Source of the DNA: Verrucomicrobiota bacterium
GTDB taxonomy: Bacteria > Verrucomicrobiota > Verrucomicrobiia > Limisphaerales > UBA11358
DNA: 64,000 bases
Reading direction: 5' to 3'
Assembly (NCBI GenBank): GCA_049516255.1
Contig: JBEKTH010000011.1
Coordinates: 10,348 to 74,347 of the forward strand
A model generated the notes under the pieces. The model worked only from the letters and a program-made list of their open reading frames with translations. It was not told the origin of the DNA and did no database searches. The position numbers and the translations under genes were made by a program. Positions 1-9,332 of this stretch are shown here, piece by piece (the stretch's first letter is position 1; each line of letters starts with the position of its first letter).

Positions 1-79
1 CAGGAATGTCCGCGTTACAATAATAAAGCTGAAACCGCTTTAACCACGGACGGAGGCAGCGGTAGTAGGCAGGGTTCCG

Positions 80-709
80 TCATTCCTGAATAAAATAGCT
101 CAGGTTTTCCAGTTCGATGGCCAGGTTGACGTTGCTGACCATGACTTCTTCCGGCACGGAAATGGCGATCGGTGCGAAGTTCAAAATCCCCATGATGCCG
201 GCCGCCACGAGCTGGTTGGCGACTTCCTGGGCGGCGGCGGCGGGCACGGTCAGGATGGCCATTTTAATGCCATGCTGACGGACAAATTCCGCGGCCCGGT
301 TCATCCCCAGAATCGGCTGGCCGACTTTTTTGTCGCGATGGCGGCGCGGGTCGGCATCAAAGGCGGCCACGATTTCGAATCCCTCCTTGCCGAAGCCGCG
401 ATAGGAAAGCAGCGCCAGCCCCAGATGTCCGGCCCCGACCAGAATGACCGGTTGCAGGCGCGAGGTGCCGAGTTCATCGGCAATTTTTTTTGACAACTCC
501 GCCACGTCATAGCCGAGGCCGCGCGTGCCGAAGGTGCCGAAATAGGCGAGGTCCTTGCGCAGTTGCGTGGATTTGACGCCGGCGGCCTTGGCGAGCGCCT
601 CGCTGGAGACGGTGCCGATGCCGTTCTCCCGCAGCCGCGCCAGGCAGCGGAGATAAATCGAGAGACGATAGATCGTCTTGCGCGGAATGACTGTACCGGT
701 TTTCTTCAA
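80..709 (-). CDS. rex: Redox-sensing transcriptional repressor Rex
   Basis: 209 aa. N-terminal winged helix (TIYRLSIYLRCL...SSEALA) plus a Rossmann GxGxxG segment (ILVGAGHLG), typical of Rex. Confidence 0.9.
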   Translation of the reverse strand: MKKTGTVIPRKTIYRLSIYLRCLARLRENGIGTVSSEALAKAAGVKSTQLRKDLAYFGTFGTRGLGYDVAELSKKIADELGTSRLQPVILVGAGHLGLALLSYRGFGKEGFEIVAAFDADPRRHRDKKVGQPILGMNRAAEFVRQHGIKMAILTVPAAAAQEVANQLVAAGIMGILNFAPIAISVPEEVMVSNVNLAIELENLSYFIQE

Positions 710-841
710 GGCCGCAGAAATTAAGCAAACGAATGTTCAAGAGCAAGAGCGCGAATGACCGTCGATGGTGCGCATGGGCCACGGGCAATTTCCTGCTGGC
801 CAAACGCGGGGTTTGGGCTAATTTACCCGCCTGATAAAGTC

Positions 842-1717
842 ATGTTCACCGGAACCTACACCGCCCTCGTAACGCCGTTCAAAAACGGCCAGCTCGACTC
901 GCCCGCCCTGGAACGCCTCGTCCGGATGCAAATCAAGGCGGGCGTGGACGGTGTGGTGCCCGTGGGCACCACCGGCGAATCGCCGACAGTGGATTACGAG
1001 GAACATCTCGAAATCATCGCCCTCACGGTGAAATGTTGTGCGGGCAAAATCAAGGTGCTTGCGGGCACCGGCGGCAATTCGACGAGCGAGGCGGTTTATC
1101 TGACGCGCGAAGCCGAGAAAATCGGCGCGGATGGCTCGCTGCAGGTCGCACCGTATTACAACAAGCCGACGCAGGAAGGTTTGTTCCAGCATTTCAGTGA
1201 AATTGCGCGTGAGACCCGCCTGCCCATCGTGCTGTACAGCATTCCGGGGCGTTGCGGCATTGAAATCGGCATCGAGACCGTCCGGCGTCTGGCGCGCGAA
1301 TGCAAAAACATCATCGGCATCAAGGAAGCCGGCGGCAGTTGCGACCGCGTGTCGGCGTTGCGCGCGGCGCTTGGTCCGAAATTTGACATTATGTCCGGCG
1401 ACGATTCGCTCACGTTGCCGTTCATGGCGGTGGGCGCCGACGGCGTCATCAGCGTGGCGTCCAATATCGTTCCGCGCCCGGTCGCGCAGATGGTGGCCGC
1501 GTTCCGGCGCGGTCAAATCCGGAAGGCATCGCAACTGCACGCGAAGCTTTACCCGCTGTTCAAGGATTTGTTCATCGAGACCAACCCGGTTCCCGTCAAG
1601 GCCGCGCTGGTGATGATGGGCTTGATTGACGAGGAATATCGTTTGCCGCTGGTGCCGATGGGTGCGGCGAACCGCGCGAAATTGCGCGCCACCATGAAGG
1701 CGGGCGGCGTCTTATAA
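842..1717 (+). CDS. dapA: 4-hydroxy-tetrahydrodipicolinate synthase
   Basis: MFTGTYTALVTPF...VPVGTTGES...APYYNKP motifs. I moved the start to the ATG at 842, because the ORF-track extension from 755 has no homology-like sequence. Confidence 0.95.
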   Translation: MFTGTYTALVTPFKNGQLDSPALERLVRMQIKAGVDGVVPVGTTGESPTVDYEEHLEIIALTVKCCAGKIKVLAGTGGNSTSEAVYLTREAEKIGADGSLQVAPYYNKPTQEGLFQHFSEIARETRLPIVLYSIPGRCGIEIGIETVRRLARECKNIIGIKEAGGSCDRVSALRAALGPKFDIMSGDDSLTLPFMAVGADGVISVASNIVPRPVAQMVAAFRRGQIRKASQLHAKLYPLFKDLFIETNPVPVKAALVMMGLIDEEYRLPLVPMGAANRAKLRATMKAGGVL

Positions 1718-1718
1718 T

Positions 1719-1812
1719 AGGAGATGGCAGACGGGAGATGGGAGTTAGGAAAAACAACAAAGCAAAATATGTCGAATCTGATTCCCCCATCTGCCATCTG
1801 CAAACTCCCAAC
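1719..1812. repeat. Tandem-repeat-armed inverted repeat (unit about GGAGATG/GCAGATG)
   Basis: Left arm ggagatg gcagacg ggagatg ggagtta. Right arm cccccat ctgccat ctgcaaa ctcccaa is its imperfect complement. It fills the dapA-dapB gap. Confidence 0.7.
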
Positions 1813-1823
1813 TGCTATTTGCT

Positions 1824-2555
1824 ATGACTAGAATTATCATTACCGGGGCCAAGGGCCGGATGGGCCAGACGCTGGTGGCCTGTGCGAAGAACTTTCGCGA
1901 AGTGCAAATCGGCGCGCAAATTGACATGGGGGACGACCTTCCCGCCGCCGCCGCGCAGGGCGACGTGGTGGTGGATTTCAGTACGCATACGGCGACGGCG
2001 GACATCGCAGGGGTGTGTGCGCGGCACAAGAAAGCGCTGGTGATCGGCACCACGGGACATACGAACGCCGAACGAAATGAAATTTTAAAGTTCAAAACGA
2101 AAATCCCGATGGTTTGGACCGCGAACTTTTCGACCGGCGTCAACACGTTGTTCTGGCTGACGCGCAAGGCGGCGGAGATTTTGGGGCCGGACTTCGATCT
2201 GGAAATCGCCGAAATGCACCACCGCATGAAGCTGGACGCGCCGAGCGGTACGGCCAAGGCGCTGGCGCAAATCCTGGCCGAGGTGCGCAAGCAACATCTG
2301 GACAAGGTGGCGCGGCACGGCCGGCTGGGCATCGGCGAGCGTGCGCCGGGGGAGATCGGCATTCATTCCCTGCGGGGCGGCGACGTGGTGGGCGATCACA
2401 CGGTGATTTTTGCCGCCAACGGCGAGCGCATCGAATTGACGCACAAGGCTTCCAGCCGCGACTCCTTTGCCAACGGCGCGTTGCGCGCGGCGATCTGGGT
2501 GGCCAAGCAAAAGCCCGGCCTTTACGACATGCAGGACGTGCTCGGTTTGAAGTAG
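1824..2555 (+). CDS. dapB: 4-hydroxy-tetrahydrodipicolinate reductase
   Basis: 243 aa. ITGAKGRMG N-terminus and the EMHHRMKLDAPSGTA motif are characteristic of DapB. Confidence 0.95.
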   Translation: MTRIIITGAKGRMGQTLVACAKNFREVQIGAQIDMGDDLPAAAAQGDVVVDFSTHTATADIAGVCARHKKALVIGTTGHTNAERNEILKFKTKIPMVWTANFSTGVNTLFWLTRKAAEILGPDFDLEIAEMHHRMKLDAPSGTAKALAQILAEVRKQHLDKVARHGRLGIGERAPGEIGIHSLRGGDVVGDHTVIFAANGERIELTHKASSRDSFANGALRAAIWVAKQKPGLYDMQDVLGLK

Positions 2556-2589
2556 GACAGGCTTCCAGCCCGTCTCCATTTTTAATTCC

Positions 2590-3111
2590 TTGATGCAGAC
2601 AGAAATTCAGAGACAGGCGCGACGCCTGTCCTACGTTGCGCTTGGCTCCAATCTCGGTGATTCGCGCAAAATCATTTTGGAAGCGATGGCGCGGCTGCAA
2701 AACTGGTCAGACCGGCCGATACTTAAATCCTCGCTCTGGCAGACGTCACCGGTGAATTGTCCGCCAGGTTCACCCCGGTTTGTCAACGCAGTGGTGGGCC
2801 TGGCGCCGCGAACCGAAGAAACGCCGGAATCGTTGCTGGAAAAACTGCGGTCGCTCGAAAAGGAATTTGGCCGCCGGCCGAAAACAGCCTTAAACGAACC
2901 CCGACCCTTGGATCTGGATTTGATTGCGTTCGGCGCCGAAACGCGCGCCACGCCGGAGCTGATTTTGCCGCATCCCCGGGCGCATCTGCGGCGGTTTGTG
3001 CTTCGGCCATTGAGTGAGATCGCGCCGGAGCTGGTTTTGCCGGGGCAGGGGAAGACCGTGGTCCAACTGCTGGCCGGGCTTGCGGATGATGAAACGGTCA
3101 AACGGCTCTGA
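2590..3111 (+). CDS. folK: 2-amino-4-hydroxy-6-hydroxymethyldihydropteridine diphosphokinase (HPPK)
   Basis: YVALGSNLGD...LDLDLI...LILPHPRAHLRRFVLxPL signature of FolK. Confidence 0.9.
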   Translation: MMQTEIQRQARRLSYVALGSNLGDSRKIILEAMARLQNWSDRPILKSSLWQTSPVNCPPGSPRFVNAVVGLAPRTEETPESLLEKLRSLEKEFGRRPKTALNEPRPLDLDLIAFGAETRATPELILPHPRAHLRRFVLRPLSEIAPELVLPGQGKTVVQLLAGLADDETVKRL

Positions 3112-3127
3112 ATCGATCAATTCACGA

Positions 3128-3200
3128 TGTGCGATTTACGATTTACGAGGTCCTTTCGTAATTTGAGCGGCGCGTCAATCGTCAATCGTAAATCGAAAAT
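3128..3200. repeat. Tandem-heptad inverted repeat (unit ATTTACG / CGTAAAT)
   Basis: Left arm gcgatttacgatttacg. Right arm cgtcaat cgtcaat cgtaaat cgaaaat, with a 12-nt perfect complement (cgatttacgatt). It lies between the convergent folK and dgt 3' ends, so it may be a bidirectional terminator. Confidence 0.75.
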
Positions 3201-3226
3201 AAGAGTTCAGCTCCCGTCATTCCATC

Positions 3227-4384
3227 TCAGGCTTTGGAGGTTTTTCCAAAAATCCGCTTATATTCGAGTCCGACGTAACGGTCGGTCATGCCGGCGAGAT
3301 AATCGCACACGGCGCGATGCAGGCCGGCCTTTTGAATCCGCCGGCGTGCGCTGGCGCCGATTTCCTTCGGATGCGCCAGGTAATAGCGGAAAAGCTGTTC
3401 GAGCATTTTCAAGGAGCGCCGATTCAGCCAGCGGAGCGAGGGATGGTAATAAAGGTTTTTGTACAGGTAATCGCGCAGCTCCAGATTCAGCAGGCGGCGT
3501 TCCGGACTGTGCTGCACGAGCGCCTTGGGGAAAAGCCGGACTTCGTCCGCCGACTGCACGCCGGCGTCGGCAATGAGCCGCTCGCTGGTATTGACGACGT
3601 CGTGGATTTGCAGGTCAATGATGGTGCGAATGATGAAGTAACGGCGGCATTCGTCGGGCAAATCGCCATGTTCCTTTTTCACCAGCCGCGCGGCCTGGGC
3701 CCAGAGGCGGACGTCGCGGCGCAGGTTGTCTTCGGACAACAATCCGGAATCCAGCCCGTCGTCGAGGTCGTGGCTGTAGTAGGTGATTTCGTCGGCGAGA
3801 TTGGCGATCTGCGCTTCGAGCGAGGAATTTTTGGCATCGAAGCCTTTCCGCCGGCCGGGATGATCGTAGGCGGTATAATGTTTTACCAGACCTTCGCGGA
3901 CTTCCCAGGTAAGGTTCAGGCCGTGGAAATCCGGGTATTTTTGCTCCAATTCCTCGACGATGCGCAGGCTTTGGCGGTTGTGCTCGAAACCGCCGTGTTT
4001 TCTCATCAGACGATTTAAAACCGTCTCGCCCTTGTGGCCAAAGGGGGAATGTCCGAGGTCATGGGCGAGCGCGATGCTTTCGGCCAGGTCCTCGTTTAGT
4101 TTGAGCGCGCTGGCAATGTTGCGCGAAACGGCGGCGACCTCGATGGTATGGGTGAGCCGGGTGCGGAGATGATCGCCGGTGCCATTGAGAAAAACCTGGG
4201 TTTTGTATTCAAGCCGGCGGAAGGCGCGCGAATGGATGACGCGGTCGCGGTCGCGCTGGTATTGCGTGCGCCATTGGGGCGGCGATTCCGGGTAATTACG
4301 CCCGCGGGTGTCGCCGCTGAGCTGGGCGTAGGGCGCGAGGATTTGCCGTTCGATGTATTCCAGTTCCTGGCGCGTGCGGGGCAT
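3227..4384 (-). CDS. dgt: dGTP triphosphohydrolase-like HD-domain protein
   Basis: 385 aa. Has RTRLTHTIEV...LAHDLGHSPFGH HD motif and DLDD, as in the dGTPase family. Confidence 0.85.
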   Translation of the reverse strand: MPRTRQELEYIERQILAPYAQLSGDTRGRNYPESPPQWRTQYQRDRDRVIHSRAFRRLEYKTQVFLNGTGDHLRTRLTHTIEVAAVSRNIASALKLNEDLAESIALAHDLGHSPFGHKGETVLNRLMRKHGGFEHNRQSLRIVEELEQKYPDFHGLNLTWEVREGLVKHYTAYDHPGRRKGFDAKNSSLEAQIANLADEITYYSHDLDDGLDSGLLSEDNLRRDVRLWAQAARLVKKEHGDLPDECRRYFIIRTIIDLQIHDVVNTSERLIADAGVQSADEVRLFPKALVQHSPERRLLNLELRDYLYKNLYYHPSLRWLNRRSLKMLEQLFRYYLAHPKEIGASARRRIQKAGLHRAVCDYLAGMTDRYVGLEYKRIFGKTSKA

Positions 4385-4393
4385 GGTTCAAGG

Positions 4394-4494
4394 TGGTGAC
4401 CAGTGACGGGTGACAGGTGACAGGAAAGGCATTCTGGTGGCGAGCGGATTTTTGCCCGCCACGGGTCACCGGCCACCTGCCACGTCAGGTGGCC
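4394..4494. repeat. Tandem-heptad inverted repeat (unit GGTGACA)
   Basis: Left arm ggtgacc agtgacg ggtgaca ggtgaca. The right arm holds complementary gtcacc/gccacc units. It lies between the ispH stop and the dgt start. Confidence 0.7.
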
Positions 4495-5711
4495 AGCAAT
4501 TTCTGGACGGAGATGCCGCGCAGTCCAAACAGCCGGTGAATCACGTCTTCGATCAGGTTGTTCGGGCACGACGCGCCGGCGGTGATGCCGACGGTGATTT
4601 TGCCGGACGGCAGCCAGTCACGGGTCTCGGTTTCCTTTTTGGTGTGCTGGTCGTAATGGCGGATGAGCCGGTCCGACTCCATTTTGGCCGCGTTTTTGAT
4701 GAAGTAGGTCGGCAGTTTGGCCTCACCCATTTCGGCGAGGTGCGACGTGTTGGACGAATTGTAACCGCCGATGACGAGCAGCAAATCCATCGGCTCACGC
4801 AACAGTTTTTGGAGCGCGTCCTGGCGGTCCTGGGTCGCACCGCAAATCGTGTCGAAAAACCGGAAATGTTCGGCGACGTTTTCGGGGCCGTATTTTTTCT
4901 CCATGGCGGCCTTGAAACGGCGTTGCACCTCCTCGGTTTCGCCGCGCAACATGGTGGTCTGGTTCGCCACACCGACCGCCTGCAAATGCAGTTCCGGGTC
5001 GAACCCCTGCGAATACGCGCCCTTGAACTTTTCCAGGAATTCCTGCTTGTCGCCGCCTTGAACAATGTAATTGCAGACGTAATCGGTCTCCGCGAGGTTG
5101 AAGACGACGAGATAATGTCCGCTGCCATAGGCGCGGGCCTGGGAGCTGGTGGCCTTGGTTTCCTCGTGCCACGCCTTGCCGTGGATGATGCTCGTGACGC
5201 TGTCCTTGGAATATTGCCGGACACGCTTCCAGACGCTCATCACGTCACCACAGGTGGTGTCCACGAGCACACAGCCTTTCTCTTCGAGTCGTTTGCGCGT
5301 GCCAACCTCGGTGCCAAACGCGGGAATCATCACCACGTCTCCGGGATTCAGGCGGGTCATCTCCTCCTCGGTCGGCTTGGGCGAGATGATCTGGATGCCC
5401 ATGTTGCGGATCTGGTCGTTGACCTCCGGGTTGTGGATGATTTCGCCGAGCAGATAAATGGGTTTTTCCGGCGGGAAATATTTCCGCGCGGCGTAGGCGA
5501 GGTCAATTGCCCGCTCGACGCCATAGCAGAAGCCGAACTCCTTCGCGAGCTTCACGGTGAGGCTGTCGGCGGAAAGCACGCAGCCGTTCGCGCGGACGCG
5601 TTCGACGAGTTCGCTGCGATAATGGGAGAGCACCTGGGCCTGCACGGCCTCAAGGATGTCGGGCCGGCGGAGGTTGACTTTTTTTTGCGCGGCGGGCGCT
5701 TCGGTTGACAT
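4485..5711 (-). CDS. ispH: 4-hydroxy-3-methylbut-2-enyl diphosphate reductase (long form)
   Basis: 408 aa. GFCYGVERAI and later conserved Cys/His segments are present. It has an N-terminal extension of about 90 aa compared with the E. coli-type enzyme. Confidence 0.93.
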   Translation of the reverse strand: MSTEAPAAQKKVNLRRPDILEAVQAQVLSHYRSELVERVRANGCVLSADSLTVKLAKEFGFCYGVERAIDLAYAARKYFPPEKPIYLLGEIIHNPEVNDQIRNMGIQIISPKPTEEEMTRLNPGDVVMIPAFGTEVGTRKRLEEKGCVLVDTTCGDVMSVWKRVRQYSKDSVTSIIHGKAWHEETKATSSQARAYGSGHYLVVFNLAETDYVCNYIVQGGDKQEFLEKFKGAYSQGFDPELHLQAVGVANQTTMLRGETEEVQRRFKAAMEKKYGPENVAEHFRFFDTICGATQDRQDALQKLLREPMDLLLVIGGYNSSNTSHLAEMGEAKLPTYFIKNAAKMESDRLIRHYDQHTKKETETRDWLPSGKITVGITAGASCPNNLIEDVIHRLFGLRGISVQKLLAT

Positions 5712-5767
5712 AACAAAGGAAGTGTAACACGCGAACGGGCATCGTCTAGCGCGAAAGCCACGGTGAA

Positions 5768-5838
5768 ATGGATTGATGGATTTTTGGATTATTGACGTGG
5801 TCCCCGGCCGCGCTCCTCCAATAATCCACCAATCCGGC
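5768..5838. repeat. Tandem-repeat inverted repeat (period about 8, unit TGGATTnn)
   Basis: Left arm tggattga tggatttt tggattat. Right arm ccaataatccaccaatcc, with a 10-nt perfect complement (tggattattg). It lies upstream of tRNA-Pro. Confidence 0.7.
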
Positions 5839-5913
5839 GCTTCAATACTTTCCTGCCTTAAACGAATGTCATTGCGAATCCAACTGAATGCGGGGATACT
5901 TCAGTCTGCAAGT

Positions 5914-5990
5914 CGGAGCGTAGCTCAGCTTGGTAGAGCACCAGCTTTGGGAGCTGGCTGTCGCAGGTTCAAATCCTGTCGCTCCGACCA
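5914..5990 (+). tRNA. tRNA-Pro (anticodon TGG), CCA encoded
   Basis: Acceptor cggagcg/cgctccg, anticodon stem-loop ccagc-tttggga-gctgg, T-arm ggttcaaatcc. Confidence 0.9.
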
Positions 5991-6136
5991 TTTCTTCACC
6001 TTTTGTCCAGGTGTGACCTGGTCCGGACGAACCATGGCCGCAACCCGTTGTCCCGGGGAGAATTCCGGCTTTTGCTTGTCATGCGGGAATGCCCATACTT
6101 TAATTTAATCAGCGAACGGGCTTTCGAACCATTCCG

Positions 6137-8581
6137 ATGAAGAAGCGACCAATCCTGCTGACGTTGACCATGTTTCTGGTGCTGACGACCGGGCGGGCCA
6201 ATCCGTTGAGCGTGACCGTTCCCGTCCCTCCGCCCCCGCAGAGCGCTGGATTCGACATGGGCCAGTCACGCCGGCCGGATGGTTCGACCATTACACTCGA
6301 CAGTGATTCGCTGTTGCTGGATGGCAAGCCCTGGATGCCGGTGATGGGGGAATTTCATTATGCGCGTTACCCGGAAGCCGAATGGCGGGAAGAATTGCTG
6401 AAGCTGAAGGCCGGGGGCGTGGACATCGTTTCCACGTATGTATTCTGGATACACCATGAGGAAATCAAGGGCCAGTTTGACTGGTCGGGGCGGCGGAATT
6501 TGCGCCGGTTCGTTGAGCTTTGCCAGCAGGTGGGATTGAAAGTGATCGTGCGTTGCGGTCCGTGGGATCATGGTGAGGTGCGTAACGGGGGATTTCCGGA
6601 CTGGCTGGTAAGCAAAGGGTGGAACCTGCGTTCCGACGATTCCAATTATCTGGCGGCGGTCCAGGTGCTGTATGGTCAGATAGCCGGACAACTCCAGGGA
6701 TTGCTGTGGAAGGAAGGCGGGCCGGTGATCGGGATTCAGGTCGAAAACGAATACTACGGACCAGCCGAACATTTATTGAGGCTCAAAGGGCTGGCGCGGC
6801 AGGCAGGTCTGGACGTGCCGCTCTACACGCGGACGGGCTGGCCGTCCTTGAGCACGACGATGCCTTTCGGAGAGATTGTGCCGCTGTACGGTGTGTATGC
6901 GGAGGGTTTTTGGGACCGGACGCTGGCGGCGATGCCCGGCAGTTATTGGCAGGGATTTTCTTTCAGCGGGCTGCGCACCGATGCGGCGATCGGCAGTGAC
7001 AGCCTGGGCCAACGCGGTGCCAGCGATCCCCCCGATGTGAGGCGGTATCCGTATCTGACCTGCGAAATCGGGGCGGGGATGATGGCGAGTTATCATCGGC
7101 GGATTCTGGTATACCCTGAGGACGCGGAAGCGACGGCGCTGGTAAAGCTGGGCTCGGGCAGTGCGTCGCTGGGTTACTACATGTATCACGGGGGCGAGAA
7201 TCCCGACGGCAAACTGACAACGCTGATGGAATCGCAGGCGACCGGTTATTGGAACGATCTGCCGGTCAAAACGTATGATTTCCAGACGGCGCTGGGTCAA
7301 TACGGCCAGATCCGGCCGCAATATCACCTGCTGGGCCGGCTGCACCTGTTTCTGCACGAATGGGGTCCTGAACTGGCCGACATGCCCTCAACCATGCCCG
7401 ACCAGCGTCCGAAAGGAAGAGCTGACCTGGACACGCTGCGTTGGTGTGTCCGGTCGAACGGAACGAACGGTTTTGTGTTCGTGAACAATTATCAGCGTTT
7501 TCAAGCCATGCCGGCCAGGACCAACGTGCAGTTTACGATCCATCTGCCTTCGGGCCTGCTGACGTTTCCGGCGCAACCGGTTACGATCCCGCCGGACGCG
7601 TGTTTCCTCTGGCCGTTCAACCTGGATCTGGGCCAGGGAGTGCGACTGGCCTGGGCGACAGCGCAGCCGCTCACGGCAATTGACGAGGGCAGCGTGCGTA
7701 CGGTCTTTTTTGCCCAAACCCCGGGGGTTCGGGCAAAGTTTGCGTTTAGCAATGGTGCCGGATTGAAGGTCATTTCCGGACGTGCCACGAGCGGCCACGA
7801 GCAGACGATTGTCGGCGATGTCCACCACGGCGTCGGCGCCGCCCTGCAAATCGTGGGAACCAATGGCACGGTGCAAATTGTGCTGCTGGATGACGACCAG
7901 TCGCTGGCGGTGTGGAAGGGACAATGGCAGGGGCAGGACCGGGTCTTCCTGACTCATGCCGGACTGGTCCTGGACGGCGACCACCTGCGGCTGACGTCGG
8001 ACAACCGCGCCGACCTCAATGTCAGTGTTTATCCCGCACCCGCGATCGTCGCGTTCAACGATAAACATTTACGGGGCGGGAGACACGGTGTGTTTGAGGT
8101 ATTCACGCCGCCCGCACCTCCCGTGGTCGCGCTCAAAGTCGCGCTGGAAACCATTCAACCGGCCGGCCCGGCGCGCAACATTCCGCTGGGCAAAATCCGG
8201 GATGCGGTCGCGGCAGAACCGGAGGACGCGGATTTTAAAGGGGCGGCAATCTGGCGGATCAGGCTGCCGGGTAACCTGGATTTGAACACCGACCCGCTGT
8301 TGCGCCTGCATTATGTGGGCGACGTGGCGCGGATCACGCTGGACGGCAGACTGCTGACGGACAATTTTTACAACGGGACGGTGTTTGAAGTGGGCTTGCG
8401 CCGATACGCGCCGGAGATTCTGACGGGCGATCTGCGGGTGGAAATTCTGCCGCTGCGCCAGGACGCGCCGATCCTGCTGGCCCGGGAGGCGCGGCCGGAC
8501 TTTGGCGACACACCGAGCGTGGTTTCCCTGAACAACGTGGAAATCGTCCCGCGATACCAGACGCAACTCAGCGCGCGGTAA
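6137..8581 (+). CDS. Glycoside hydrolase family 35 beta-galactosidase (secreted)
   Basis: 814 aa with an N-terminal signal-like segment. GEFHYARYP...VSTYVFWIHHE...GPWDHGEVRNGGFP...QVENEY motifs are typical of GH35. Confidence 0.85.
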   Translation: MKKRPILLTLTMFLVLTTGRANPLSVTVPVPPPPQSAGFDMGQSRRPDGSTITLDSDSLLLDGKPWMPVMGEFHYARYPEAEWREELLKLKAGGVDIVSTYVFWIHHEEIKGQFDWSGRRNLRRFVELCQQVGLKVIVRCGPWDHGEVRNGGFPDWLVSKGWNLRSDDSNYLAAVQVLYGQIAGQLQGLLWKEGGPVIGIQVENEYYGPAEHLLRLKGLARQAGLDVPLYTRTGWPSLSTTMPFGEIVPLYGVYAEGFWDRTLAAMPGSYWQGFSFSGLRTDAAIGSDSLGQRGASDPPDVRRYPYLTCEIGAGMMASYHRRILVYPEDAEATALVKLGSGSASLGYYMYHGGENPDGKLTTLMESQATGYWNDLPVKTYDFQTALGQYGQIRPQYHLLGRLHLFLHEWGPELADMPSTMPDQRPKGRADLDTLRWCVRSNGTNGFVFVNNYQRFQAMPARTNVQFTIHLPSGLLTFPAQPVTIPPDACFLWPFNLDLGQGVRLAWATAQPLTAIDEGSVRTVFFAQTPGVRAKFAFSNGAGLKVISGRATSGHEQTIVGDVHHGVGAALQIVGTNGTVQIVLLDDDQSLAVWKGQWQGQDRVFLTHAGLVLDGDHLRLTSDNRADLNVSVYPAPAIVAFNDKHLRGGRHGVFEVFTPPAPPVVALKVALETIQPAGPARNIPLGKIRDAVAAEPEDADFKGAAIWRIRLPGNLDLNTDPLLRLHYVGDVARITLDGRLLTDNFYNGTVFEVGLRRYAPEILTGDLRVEILPLRQDAPILLAREARPDFGDTPSVVSLNNVEIVPRYQTQLSAR

Positions 8582-8796
8582 GCTTTGCTCCATAAACCGG
8601 CGGAATGTCCTTTGGACGCCGCTGCAAATTATTAGCCGGGTTATTCACAATTCTTGCGCTGGCGAAAATTTTGTTCCGTGCGCAAAAGGAAACAGAAATA
8701 ACTGCTTCCTTGGATGCGGGGCAAATTTTAATATATGCCTGGAATCCCTTGTAAAACCGGCAGTTATTTGATTTCCGTCCGGAAAATTTTTCCCGC

Positions 8797-8812
8797 TGGC
8801 ATCGCCGTTGCT
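8797..8812 (+). promoter_or_regulatory. Candidate sigma54 (-24/-12) promoter for glnB-amtB
   Basis: TGGCATcgccgTTGCT, with GG and GC at the canonical spacing. It lies about 146 nt upstream of the glnB ATG. Confidence 0.55.
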
Positions 8813-8891
8813 AAACGCGCGTGAGCCAATCACAGCCGAGCACAGACGCATACTATATACCGCTCGTGAATTGCGGGCGGAAGCTGGGTGA

Positions 8892-9296
<405 letters not shown>

Positions 9297-9332
9297 TCAG
9301 CGAACAACTTGAACCTCACTCGAATTAAAACC

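Noticed and set aside
710-841. Rex operator (TTGTGAA-N4-TTCACAA type) in the rex-dapA divergent region.
   Set aside because: No convincing palindrome of that type is visible, so no operator can be claimed.
755-841. N-terminal extensions suggested by the ORF track for dapA (755). The same applies to glnB (8916), rplK (25807), rpsO (38080), pnp (38509), galM (51328), xylA (53509) and the fumarase alpha subunit (to 44070).
   Set aside because: Homology-like sequence starts at internal ATGs. The extensions are non-conserved-looking and often overlap promoters or repeats. Starts were moved accordingly.
4410-5708. Long ORFs antisense to well-supported genes. Examples: 4410-5708 opposite ispH, 13933-15513 opposite glnA, 20731-22209 opposite lpxC-fabZ, 23479-24840 opposite tuf, 28979-30013 and 30347-31639 opposite rpoB, 32261-33808 and 34826-36448 opposite rpoC, 38662-40806 opposite pnp, 12802-13842 opposite glnII.
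   Set aside because: These have no family-like motifs and Arg/Ala/Gly-rich low-complexity translations, which is typical of stop-poor antisense frames in high-G+C DNA. The opposite strand in each case encodes a textbook protein.
6105-6117. The exact 13-mer ttaatcagcgaac occurs 20-28 nt upstream of two start codons (the GH35 gene at 6137, and again at 9293-9305 before amtB). I considered it as a shared regulatory or RBS-region motif.
   Set aside because: In a 64-kb window, tens of exact 13-mer coincidences between any two positions are expected by chance. Two copies alone give no statistical support.
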